A stretch of DNA of 64,000 nucleotides from an uncultured Actinomycetota bacterium (GTDB lineage Bacteria; Actinomycetota; CALGFH01). The first letter of the stretch is position 1. Each line of letters starts with the position of its first letter. Positions 27,728 through 36,632 of this stretch are shown one piece after another. The translations under genes were made by a program, and so were the position numbers. The DNA lies in NCBI GenBank assembly GCA_963733175.1, contig CAVTCL010000013.1:441-64440 (forward strand), read 5' to 3'. The notes under the pieces were generated by a model. It saw only the letters and a list, made by a program, of their open reading frames with translations, searched no databases and was not told the origin of the DNA.

Positions 27728-27817
27728 CCTGCCGCCCAAGCTGGAACGGGCGAGTCAGCGAGGGCCGTCCGGCGAAGCGGGCGCTGACGAGAGAAGCGGC
27801 GGCATCGGGAGGCTCAT

Positions 27818-28496
27818 ATGGTAGCGGTACACGTGCTGCGAGTGTTCACCGATCCTGAGGGCCGATGGGGCAATCCCCTGGCCGTGTTTCTGGACGGCGC
27901 CGCCATCGGTGAGCAGCTGCGACTGGCTGTCGCTGCGGAGCTTGGGTACAGCGAGACCGTGTTTGTCGATGATGTCAACCGAGCCGAGGTCCGCATCTTC
28001 AGCCCCGAGTCGGAATTTGCGTTCGCAGGCCATCCACCTGGTGGGAACAGCCTGGCTCCTCGCCCATGCAAGGAAACGGAGCCGACGATGCTGCGTCCAC
28101 CGGCGGGCGAAGTAGTGACCTGGACCGAAGGCGAGACAACCTGGATCAGTGGACGGCCAGATTGGGCACCGCCATGGGAGCAGATCCAGCTCGACCAGGC
28201 AGCGACGGTTGCTGCGATGCGGAACCCGCCCTCCGCCAACCATGACTTCACCCAGTTCTGGGCCTGGGAGGACGAGGCCCAACGGCATCGTCCGGGCCCG
28301 CGTCTTCGCTGCTCGCATCGGCGTACACGAAGACGAAGCGTGCGGCTCCGCGTCGATGCTGCTCGCCCACCAAGCCGGACAGCCAATCACCGTCCACCAC
28401 GGCCAGGGCTCTGTGATCAGCGCCCGACCCGGCCCCAACGGCACCGTCGAGATCGGCGGCCTCGTGGTCCTGGACCACATCCGCGAATACACCTGA
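27818..28496 (+). pseudogene. PhzF family isomerase (three frame changes as assembled)
   Basis: MVAVHVLRVFTDPEGRWGNPLAVFLDG...FAGHP, then LVGTAWLLAHA in another frame. The first frame resumes for ETEPTMLRPPAGEVV...WEDEA. GIVRARVFAARIGVHEDEACGSASMLLAH...REYT follows in a further frame. Junctions lie near 28037, 28070 and 28280. GC content is visibly lower here. Confidence 0.7.
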
Positions 28497-28498
28497 GC

Positions 28499-29011
28499 CT
28501 AGTAGTCGCCGGCCTGCCAGCGCCGGAACACCTCCAGGCCGTCGGGGCAGAACGGCCACTCCTCCAGTCGGGCGTCCAGCTCGTCGAGGGTGAGGAACGC
28601 GCCCCAGGCGATCTCGCTGGCCTGGGGGCGCACGGGGCCGTCCCAGGTGACCTCGAACAGGGCGCTCCAGCTCGGGTTCTCCTGGCCGTGGTAGCGGTGG
28701 CGGAACAGGAACCGCGGCTCCGGCCCGGCCACGCCCAGCTCCTCGGCCAGCTCGCGCCGGGCCGCCTCCAGGTAGGTCTCGCCGGCGGCCAGCACGCCGC
28801 CGGCGGTCATGTCGTACATCCCCGGGTAGACGTCCTTGTCGTCGGTGCGCCGGTGCACGTACAGCCGCCCGGCCGGGTCGCGGCAGAGCACCGAGGAGAA
28901 CCGGTGCAGCAGCCGCCGGCGCCGCACCTCGCGCCTGGTGGCCTGGCCGACCACCCGGTCCTGCTCGTCGACCACGTCCAGCAGCTCGTCGCCAGGGTCG
29001 ATGTCGTCCAC
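28499..29011 (-). CDS. NUDIX hydrolase
   Basis: 170-aa ORF. Nudix box GGVLAAGETYLEAARRELAEELGV. Confidence 0.85.
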   Translation of the reverse strand: MDDIDPGDELLDVVDEQDRVVGQATRREVRRRRLLHRFSSVLCRDPAGRLYVHRRTDDKDVYPGMYDMTAGGVLAAGETYLEAARRELAEELGVAGPEPRFLFRHRYHGQENPSWSALFEVTWDGPVRPQASEIAWGAFLTLDELDARLEEWPFCPDGLEVFRRWQAGDY

Positions 29012-29111
29012 CTTCCCGCGGGCTGAGAGGATACTTCCGGAAAGCGTAAGGCCGCGGCCCCCGCGCGGCTCCTACCGGCGAACGGCCCTGCCCGGGCCAT
29101 GTTGGAGGGGA

Positions 29112-30810
29112 ATGGACACCCGACCTCGACCCGACGCGCGCGACGACGCCGAGCTCGTGCGGGCGGCGACGGCCGGCGACCGCGGCGCCTTCGCCGCGAT
29201 CTACGACCGCTACGCCGACCGCCTGCACGACTTCTGCTGGTCGGTGCTGCGCGACCGGGACGAGGCGGCCGACGCCACCCAGGACGCGTTCCTGGTCGCG
29301 GCCGAGCGCCTCGGCCAGCTCCGCGACCCGGAGCGGCTGCGGCCGTGGCTGTACGCGGTGGCCCGCAGCCAGGCCCTCCGCCGGGTCCGGGCCCGATCGC
29401 GTGTCGCGCCCGAGGAGGAGATGACCGAGCTGCCCGACCCCGCCAGCGGCCCCGAGCAGGCGGCCGAGCGCTCGGACCTGCGCGAGCTGGTCTGGAACGC
29501 CGCCGCCGGCCTGTCCGAGCGCGACCGGGCCCTGCTCGACCTCCACCTCCGCCACGGCCTCGAGGGCGCCGAGCTGGGCCAGGCCATGGGCGTTGAGCCC
29601 GGCCACGCCTACGTCCTCCTCAGCCGCCTCCGCGACCAGGTCGAGCGCTCCCTCGGCGCCCTGCTGGTCGCCCGCCTGGGTCGCGACGACTGCCCCGACC
29701 TGGCCGCCATCCTGTCCGGCTGGGACGGCCGCTTCACCCCCCTGATCCGCAAGCGGGTCGCCCGCCACGTCGACGCCTGCGACGTCTGCGGCGAACGCCG
29801 CCGCACCGCCGCCAGCCCCCTGGCCCTCCTGGCCGCCGTCCCCCCCATGCCAGCCCCCGCCTTCCTCCGCGACCGGGTCCTGGAGCGGGTGGAGCTCCTG
29901 TCGGGTTCGGGGTCCGGCGGCGACGCCGGGGGTTCCGGGCGGGAGCCAGGGGTTCGGGCGGGTCCGCTGGATCCACACGCCCCCGGCGGCGCGGGGCGGT
30001 CGTGGCGCTCGTGGCGGCGCTGCTGCTGGCGGTCGGGGTCGGGGTCGGGTTGGGGTGGGAGCGGGCCCCGGCCTCCAGTCCCACGGACGGCCCCGGCGGC
30101 CCGATCGTGGCCGGGGCGGCCACCTCGGTCGCGCCCACCTCCCCGCCGACGACCGCCGCGCCGTCCACCTCGACCAGCTCCTCGACCTCGGTCGACGACC
30201 ACCACCGCGGCCCCGGCGCCGCCGTCGCTGGCCGTCACCCCGGCCAGGGTCGACCTCGGGGCCGCCGGCGCGACCGCCACCCTGACGGTCCGCAACGGCG
30301 GCGACGAGCCGCTCTCCTGGACGGCCGACCCCTCGACCGCCTGGCTGCGGGTCAGCCCGTCCACCGGCCGCCTCGACGGCGGCGAGCAGGCCAGGGTCAC
30401 CCTGTCCGCGACCCGCGACGGCCTGCCCGAAGGCGACGCCGACGGCCGGGTCGAGCTCACCTGGGGCGGCCCCGCCCGCTCGGTCGTGGTCGCGCTCCGG
30501 GTCGAGCGCTCCCCCGAGATCGGCGGCCTCGTCGGCCAGTTCCGCGCCAGATCTTCATCGGCCCCTGCGGCCCGACCACCACGCGTGGTCGAGGCGACGG
30601 TGACCGACGAGTCGGCCCTCTCCTCGGTGACCATGCGGTGGGCCGGCGGGTCGGTCCCCATGACCCTGCGCGGCGGGAGGTGGTCCGCCAGCCTCGGCCC
30701 CGCGACCAGCCCGGGCTCCGTCCCCTGGACAGGTCGTCGCGACCGACGCCCGGGGCAACACCGCCTCGGCCTCGGGACCGGCGGTGACCGCCAGCCCCTG
30801 CCGTCCGTGA
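29112..30810 (+). pseudogene. ECF sigma factor fused to zf-HC2 anti-sigma-like segment, TM helix, P/T/S linker and Ig/BACON-like extracytoplasmic domains (at least five frame changes as assembled)
   Basis: ATG 29112 after GGAGGGG. Sigma-70 regions 2 and 4, then HVDACDVC. The TM helix (ALVAALLLAVGVGVGLGW) and linker are in frame 2 (approx 29990-30191). LTVRNGGDEPLSWTADPSTAWLRVSP returns to frame 0. QIFIGPCGPTTT is in frame 2 (30548-30584). The tail QVVATDARGNTASAS... is in frame 1, ending at TGA 30808. Confidence 0.65.
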
Positions 30811-30890
30811 AGATCCGCTCCGAAAACCTGTAAGGGTTCGCCCGGCCACGGCCTCCTACCCGCGACAGCTCGTCGCACAAGGAGGTCGCC

Positions 30891-31541
30891 ATGACCGCCC
30901 AGCCCACCACCGGCCCCGCCACGGGGACCCGGCACCTCACCGCCGGCACCGCCCGGCCCGCGACCCGCACCACCCGTTCCGGGGCCCGTGGCCGCGCCCT
31001 GCTCGCCGCCCTCGGGCTCGCCCTGGCCGCGGCGGTCCTGCCCGCCACCGCCGTCCACGCCTCGCCCCAGGGGCCCGACGTCAACGACCAGCTCACCAAC
31101 CAGGTCGGCAACCCGCCGCCGCCCGAGCCGCCCGACCCGATCGAGGGAGGCCCCGAGGACCTCGCGCCCCCGACCGAGACCCCCGAGCCGCCCCTGCCGC
31201 CGGACCCGCCCGACGTGCCGGACTGGGGCCCCGACGACCTCGCCCCGCCGACCGAGGACCCCGACCCGCCGCTGCCGCCGGACCCGCCCGACGGGCCCGA
31301 CGACGAGGCCAACCCCACCGAGAACCCCGAGCCCCCGAACCCCACCGACGACCCCGACCCCGTCCCACCGGCCGACGACTCGATCCCGACCCCGCAGCGC
31401 GTGGACGCCGGCTTCGGCGGCACCGCCTTCGGGTCCCACCAGCTCGCCGGCGTCGCCCTGATCGCCGCCGCCCTGGTGCTCGCCCTCCTGGTCGTCGTGA
31501 TCGCCCGCCGCCAGCGCTCCGAGGCGCGGAGCACCCGGTGA
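30891..31541 (+). CDS. Secreted proline/aspartate-rich protein with C-terminal hydrophobic anchor and basic tail
   Basis: Signal peptide ...AVLPATAVHA. Acidic P-rich body with an internal repeat. C-terminal LAGVALIAAALVLALLVVVIARRQRSEARSTR. No canonical LPXTG motif. Confidence 0.6.
   Translation: MTAQPTTGPATGTRHLTAGTARPATRTTRSGARGRALLAALGLALAAAVLPATAVHASPQGPDVNDQLTNQVGNPPPPEPPDPIEGGPEDLAPPTETPEPPLPPDPPDVPDWGPDDLAPPTEDPDPPLPPDPPDGPDDEANPTENPEPPNPTDDPDPVPPADDSIPTPQRVDAGFGGTAFGSHQLAGVALIAAALVLALLVVVIARRQRSEARSTR
31147..31302 (+). repeat. Two tandem approx 78-81-nt coding repeats (GP[ED]DLAPPTE.P.PPLPPDPPD)
   Basis: Peptide units GGPEDLAPPTETPEPPLPPDPPDVPDW and GPDDLAPPTEDPDPPLPPDPPDGPDD are adjacent. 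Confidence 0.7.
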
Positions 31542-31655
31542 CCACCGACCACTCCGGTTCCCTGCGCAGGGGGATGTGGAGGGCCACGCGCCCTCCCTCC
31601 CCCTCTCGGGGTCGGGGGCCGTGGACGGCCACGGGCGCGGTGCGTTCTGGTCGCC

Positions 31656-32186
31656 GTGTGCCTGACCCTGGCGGGGTGCCAACGGCCCGTCGTGCCCTCG
31701 GGCCATGAGGGCGGCTCCTCGACCAGGACCGCGGGCCGGGGGAGTGCGGGGCGGCCGGTGTCCATCGCCATCCCGGCGGTCGGGATCGACGCCCGGGTGG
31801 TCCCGGTGGGGCTGCGGGCGGACAGGACGATGGAGGTTCCCGAGGTCGACCTGGCCGGTTGGTACGAGCCCGGGCCCCGGCCCGGGGAGGCCGGGCCGGC
31901 GGTGATCGTGGGGCATGTCGACTCGCGCCACGGACCGGCCGTGTTCTTCCGGCTCGGGGAGCTCCGCCCTGGCGACCGGATCACGATCGGGCAGCAGGGG
32001 GGAGCGGCACGGTCGTTCCTGGTCGAGCGGGTCGAGCGGAGTCCCAAGGAGGCGCTGCCGGTCGGGCGCATCTGGGACCGGACCCGCCAGCCGGTCCTGC
32101 GCCTGATCACCTGCGGCGGCAGCTTCGACCGCTCGACCGGCCACTACCGCGACAACGTCATCGTCTACGCCAGGGCAACTACTTGA
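31656..32186 (+). CDS. Class F sortase
   Basis: IPAVGIDARVVPVG...AGWY...GPAVIVGHVD...RLITCGGSFD gives the His and TC(G) catalytic motifs. An LAGC lipobox-like N-terminus is present; the start is uncertain. Confidence 0.8.
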   Translation: MCLTLAGCQRPVVPSGHEGGSSTRTAGRGSAGRPVSIAIPAVGIDARVVPVGLRADRTMEVPEVDLAGWYEPGPRPGEAGPAVIVGHVDSRHGPAVFFRLGELRPGDRITIGQQGGAARSFLVERVERSPKEALPVGRIWDRTRQPVLRLITCGGSFDRSTGHYRDNVIVYARATT

Positions 32187-32217
32187 CACTGTCATATGAC
32201 ACTGTCACCATTGGCGC
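32183..32217 (+). promoter_or_regulatory. Candidate leaderless promoter with tandem palindromic sites upstream of merR-type gene
   Basis: TTGACA (32183-32188), a 17-nt spacer and CACCAT ending 6 nt before ATG 32218. TGACACTGTCA-ta-TGACACTGTCA (32184-32207) fills the -35/spacer region. Confidence 0.5.
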
Positions 32218-33021
32218 ATGCAGGAACAACGCTGGACCCTTGACGAGCTCGCCGAGCGGGTCGACATGGCGCTGGCGGTTGACTACCACGGCCAGCCCAG
32301 CGGCCGGGTCCGCGCCGTCCCGGACCGGCGGGCCATCCGCTGGTACACGACCATCGGCCTGATCGACCGTCCGGTCGCCCATCGCGGCCGGACGGCCCTG
32401 TACGGGCCGCGGCACCTGCTCCAGCTCGTCGCCGTCAAGCGCCTCCAGGCCAAGGGGCTGCCCCTGGTCGCCATCCAGCAGGAGCTGGCCGGCGCCACCG
32501 ACAGCCAGCTCGCCCGGGTCGCCCGCCTCCCCGTGGGCGCCCGGCCCACGGTGCCCTCCGGGCCCGTTCCGGCTGTCGCCGTTCCCGACGGCGGCGACCC
32601 GCCGGCGGGGAGGGTCCCGGACAGGCGGGAAGCGGCGGGCACGCCACGCTGGGCGGCCCCGGCGCAACCGCCAGCCGTCGCCCCCCGGGTGGCCGGCGTC
32701 GCACGGCGGGCCAGCTTCTGGCGCGACCGGCCAGTCGCGGCCTTCACCGCTCCGGCTCCGGAGGCCGCCACCCTCCAGGGTGTGCGGCTCGGGGCTGGGG
32801 CCACCCTGCTGCTGGAGCCGGGGCGGGAGCTGGCCGCGGCCGACCTCGACGCGATCCTCGACGCCGCCGGGCCGCTGCTGGCCGTCCTCCGAGCCCGAGG
32901 GCTCGATGGAGGGGCCCGGACCCCGGACGAGGCCGCGGGCCTGAGCCCGGACCCGCTTGCCGACCACGGACCTCCTCCCGCGCGGGCGGTGGAGAACGAA
33001 CCCCGAAGGGAGCACCCATGA
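32218..33021 (+). CDS. MerR family transcriptional regulator with long P/A-rich C-terminal region
   Basis: N-terminal MerR HTH (WTLDELAERV...IRWYTTIGLIDRP...YGPRHLLQLVAVKRLQAKG). The stop overlaps the next ATG (ATGA). Confidence 0.8.
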   Translation: MQEQRWTLDELAERVDMALAVDYHGQPSGRVRAVPDRRAIRWYTTIGLIDRPVAHRGRTALYGPRHLLQLVAVKRLQAKGLPLVAIQQELAGATDSQLARVARLPVGARPTVPSGPVPAVAVPDGGDPPAGRVPDRREAAGTPRWAAPAQPPAVAPRVAGVARRASFWRDRPVAAFTAPAPEAATLQGVRLGAGATLLLEPGRELAAADLDAILDAAGPLLAVLRARGLDGGARTPDEAAGLSPDPLADHGPPPARAVENEPRREHP

Positions 33022-35584
33022 CCTACCTGCCCCTGCTGAGCGATGACGAGATGGGGGCGGCCGGGGAAGCCGGGGTCGGGGCGGTCGCCACCGAGCGGGG
33101 CAATCTGCCGCTCCAGGCGATCGACGTCGACGCGACCCTCACCGGGCTGGCGGCCCGGGTCGCGCTCACCCAGGTCTTCGGGAACCGGTTCGACCAGCCG
33201 CTGGAGGCGACCTACATCTTTCCGCTGCCCGACCGGGCCGCCGTGACCGAGTTCCACATGGAGGTCGGGGGGCGGGTGGTCGAGGGCGTGCTCAAGGAGC
33301 GTGGCCAGGCCAGGGCCGAGTACGACGCCGCGGTCGAGGAGGGCCGGCAGGGCGTCGATCGCCGAGGAGGAGCGCCCGGGCGTGTTCACCATGCGGGTCG
33401 GGAACCTGCTGCCGGGCGAGCGGGTCACGGTCCGGCTGGTGATGACCGGCCCGCTGCCGTGGGACGAGGGCGAGGCGACCTTCCGGTTCCCGCTGGTGGT
33501 GGCGCCCCGCTACATCCCGGGATCGCCGCTGGAGGGCGAGCCGGTCGGGCCGGGCACCGAACCCGACACCGACGCGGTGCCCGACGCCTCCCGGATCACC
33601 CCGCCGGTGCTGCTGCCCGGCTTCCCCAACCCGGTCGACCTGTCGATCAGGGTCCGCGTCGACCCGGCCGGCCTCGACCTGGGCGACCTCCGGTCCAGCC
33701 TGCACGCGGTGGTCGAGGAGGACCGCGACGGGAGCAGGCTGGTCCGGGTCGAGCCGGGGGAGCGGGCCAACCGCGACTTCGTGCTCAGGGCCCGGACCGG
33801 CTCGGCGGCGGTGGCCACGGCCGTGACCGCCGCCGAGGACGCCGAGGGCGGCCAGGGGACCTTCGCCCTGACCCTGCTGCCCCCGGTCGGGGCCGGCGCC
33901 GTCACCCCGAGGGATCTCGTGTTCGTCCTGGACCGGTCCGGCAGCATGGCCGGCTGGAAGATGGTGGCCGCGCGGCGGGCGGTGGCCCGGATGGTCGACT
34001 CGCTGACCGAGCGCGACCGCTTCGGACTGCTCGCCTTCGACAACGTCGTCGAGACCCCGCCGGCGCTCGGGGGGTCCGGGGGCTCAAGGTAGCCCCCGGC
34101 GATGGGACCGGGCTGACGGTCGCCGGCGACCATGCCCGCTTCCAGGCGGTCGAGTTCCTGTCCCGGCTGGAGGCCCGCGGCGGCACCGAGATGGCCGCCC
34201 CGCTGGCCAGGGCCGTGGAGCTGCTCGCCGGCGCGGGCGACGGGGACCCGGCGGGCCCGCGCGACCTCGCGCTGGTCCTGGTGACCGACGGGCAGGTCGG
34301 CAACGAGGACCAGATCCTGCGCCTGCTCGCCCCGCGGCTCGGCGGGGTGCGCGTCTACACGGTCGGGGTGGACACCGCGGTCAACGAGGGGTTCCTCAAG
34401 CGGCTGGCCGGGCTGGGCGGTGGCGCCTGCGAGCTGGTCGAGTCCGAGGACCGGCTGGACGCGGTGATGGACCGGGTCCACCGGCGCATCGGGGCGCCGG
34501 TGCTGACCGACCTGGAGCTGGAGCCGGCCGGGCTGGAGATCGACCTGGAGTCGCTGGCCCCGCGGCGCCTGCCGGCCCTGTTCGCGGGGTCGCCGCTGGT
34601 GGTGAGCGGCCGGTTCAAGGGGAGCCCGGACGGGGCGGTCACGGTCCGCGGCCGGGACGCCGCCGGCCAGCCCTGGTCGGCGACCGTGCCCGCGACCGGC
34701 GGCGACGCGCCAACCCTGACGGCGACCTGGGCCCGCGCCCACCTGCGCGACCTCGAGGACCGCTACGCCACCGACCGGGCGCCCGACCGGGAGCTGGAGC
34801 GCCGGATCGTCGCCACCTCCCTCCGCTACGGGGTGCTGTGCCGCTTCACCGCCTTCGTGGCCGCCGACGTGCGGGTGGTCAACGAGGGCGGGGTCGTCCA
34901 CCGGGTCCTGCAGCCGGTGGAGGCGCCGGCCGGATGGACCATGTTCGAGCGGGTCGGGCTGGCCGCCGCGGCCATGCCGATGGCCCGCATGTCCCTCGGC
35001 GGGCTCCAGTCCGCCGAGCCGTTCGGGAGGCCGGGTCGCCGCCCGACCGCCCGGCAAGGCCGACGCCCGCCTTGGCGCCATCACCGGCCGGGTCGGCCCG
35101 GGCCGCTCCCGCCGGCGCCGCTCCGGCGGCTTCACCGCCCACCCCCTCGGCGGCGCCGACCTCGCCCCCTACCGCCGCCGCGCCGCCCAGCTCGCCACCC
35201 TGCTCGAGAGCGATCGCCCTCTCCCCAGGCTTGGGCCCGACCACCCGGGGGTGACCTCGGGGCCCGGGGATCGACTCCGGCGGGTCAGGGGGCTACCTGG
35301 GGCGGCGGCTCGGGCTGGTCAAGGTGGGGGTGGACGCGCTGGTGGCCGACCTGGAGTCGGTGGATGCCGTGGAGGAGGAGATGGGGCCGCTGCGCGACCT
35401 CGCTGCCCGGCTGGCGCCGCTGGGCCGGCCGGTGGTGCCGCCGGGAGTGGAGCTGGAGCGGCTGCGCGAGCGGGCCCTGGCCGTGCTGCGGGCGTTCGCG
35501 GCGGGCGGCCGGCCAGACGAGCCGGCCCCGGAGCCGGGGCCGGGGTCGGGCCGGGACCGCGACCCGGAGTTCTGGAAGCGGTGA
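33018..35584 (+). pseudogene. VIT (vault inter-alpha-trypsin) plus von Willebrand factor A domain protein (four frame changes as assembled)
   Basis: The VIT N-terminus is in frame 0. IAEEERPGVFTMRVGNLLPGE...DLVFVLDRSGSMAG (VWA MIDAS motif) is in frame 1. ...EARGGTEM...LVTDGQVGNE returns to frame 0. GKADARLGAITGRV...ADLAPYRRRAAQLATLLES is in frame 1. VDALVADLESV...PEFWKR is in frame 2, ending at 35584. Junctions lie near 33350, 34080, 35028 and 35290. Confidence 0.75.
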
Positions 35585-35624
35585 GGCGGCGGCCGTCCGT
35601 GGTTATCTAGGAGCGATTCTGGTC

Positions 35625-36632
35625 ATGCTTCTGGGACCACGGGACGAGGAGGGCGTCGTGCCGTCGCTGCCGCTGGCGCATGAGAAGTGGTTCGTCGACG
35701 ACCCGGGCGCGTTCGACGCCGACTGGGCGTTCGCCCTGGAGACGGCGTCCCTGCTCCTGATCGGGGCGGTGGTGCTGGTCGCGCTGGCCTGGCACGTGGT
35801 CGGCGGGCGGCTGCCCCGGCCGGAGCTGCCGTTCCTGGAGCCGCTGGGGCGGCTGGCCCCGTGGGTCCCCCGGCTGCTCGGCGTCCACCTGGGGGTGTCG
35901 CTGCTGTCGCTGGCCGTGCAGGACGCCTATCTGGCCCCGAACCTGTCGCTGGAGGACGTTCCCGGCGGCGCGGCCATCGCCTTTGCCGAGGGGCTGCTCG
36001 GGGTGTGGTTCATCACCGGGGCCTGGCTGCGTCCCGCCGGGCTGGTGACGCTGCTGCTCGGCCCGCTGGCGGCGCTCCTGGCCGGGCCGGTGGCCATGCT
36101 GGAGGCGATCGACCTGCTCGGCATCGCCCTGTTCCTGGTCGTGCTGCCGCCCGGCCGCGACCGCTACGGGGCGGTGAGCCCGTCCCCGGAGACGGCCGCC
36201 CTGGCCATCTTCGCCCTGCGGGTCTGCGCCGGGCTGGCCCTGGTCGTGCTGGCCTTCAGCGAGAAGTTCGCCAACCCCGCCCTGGCCCGCGAGTTCATCG
36301 GCAACTACCCCGCCTTCGACCTGTTCGACCTGGTCGGCATCCCCCTGAGCGACGACGCCTTCATCCGGATGGCCGGGGCGATCGAGCTGCTGTTCGGGCT
36401 GCTGCTGATCTCCGGCCGCATCCCCCAGGTGGCGGTCATCGTCGCCGGCATCCCCTTCAACGCCACCCTGTTCTTCCTGGGCAGAGACGAGCTGATCGGG
36501 CACCTCCCGATCTACGGGGTCATGCTCGCCCTGCTGGTCTACGGCTCGTCCCGCACCTACGCCGACGTGGTGCCGGCCTGGCCGTGGCCGTCGCGCCGGG
36601 CGTTCACCGATCAGGCCGCGGCCCGGGCCTAG
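35625..36632 (+). CDS. Polytopic membrane protein of unknown function (HEKWF N-terminal motif, about 8 TM)
   Basis: ATG 35625 lies 11 nt after AGGAG. Uninterrupted, with hydrophobic helices throughout and G/C-rich third positions. Confidence 0.55.
   Translation: MLLGPRDEEGVVPSLPLAHEKWFVDDPGAFDADWAFALETASLLLIGAVVLVALAWHVVGGRLPRPELPFLEPLGRLAPWVPRLLGVHLGVSLLSLAVQDAYLAPNLSLEDVPGGAAIAFAEGLLGVWFITGAWLRPAGLVTLLLGPLAALLAGPVAMLEAIDLLGIALFLVVLPPGRDRYGAVSPSPETAALAIFALRVCAGLALVVLAFSEKFANPALAREFIGNYPAFDLFDLVGIPLSDDAFIRMAGAIELLFGLLLISGRIPQVAVIVAGIPFNATLFFLGRDELIGHLPIYGVMLALLVYGSSRTYADVVPAWPWPSRRAFTDQAAARA

Noticed and set aside
31380-31541. Canonical LPXTG/LAXTG sorting signal in the Pro-rich protein
   Set aside because: A hydrophobic helix plus basic tail is present, but no LPXTG-like pentapeptide precedes it in any frame I read.
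29609-32110. 833-aa ORF on the minus strand antisense to the ECF sigma, Pro-rich protein and sortase genes
   Set aside because: It is an R/S/P/G-rich sequence with no motifs. The opposite strand carries clear family signatures and a better third-position GC pattern.
33018-36632. Single 1204-aa protein spanning VIT-VWA and the membrane protein
   Set aside because: The segment 35030-35620 in this frame is R/W/P-rich nonsense. The VWA protein ends in another frame at 35584, and the membrane protein has its own AGGAG plus ATG at 35625.
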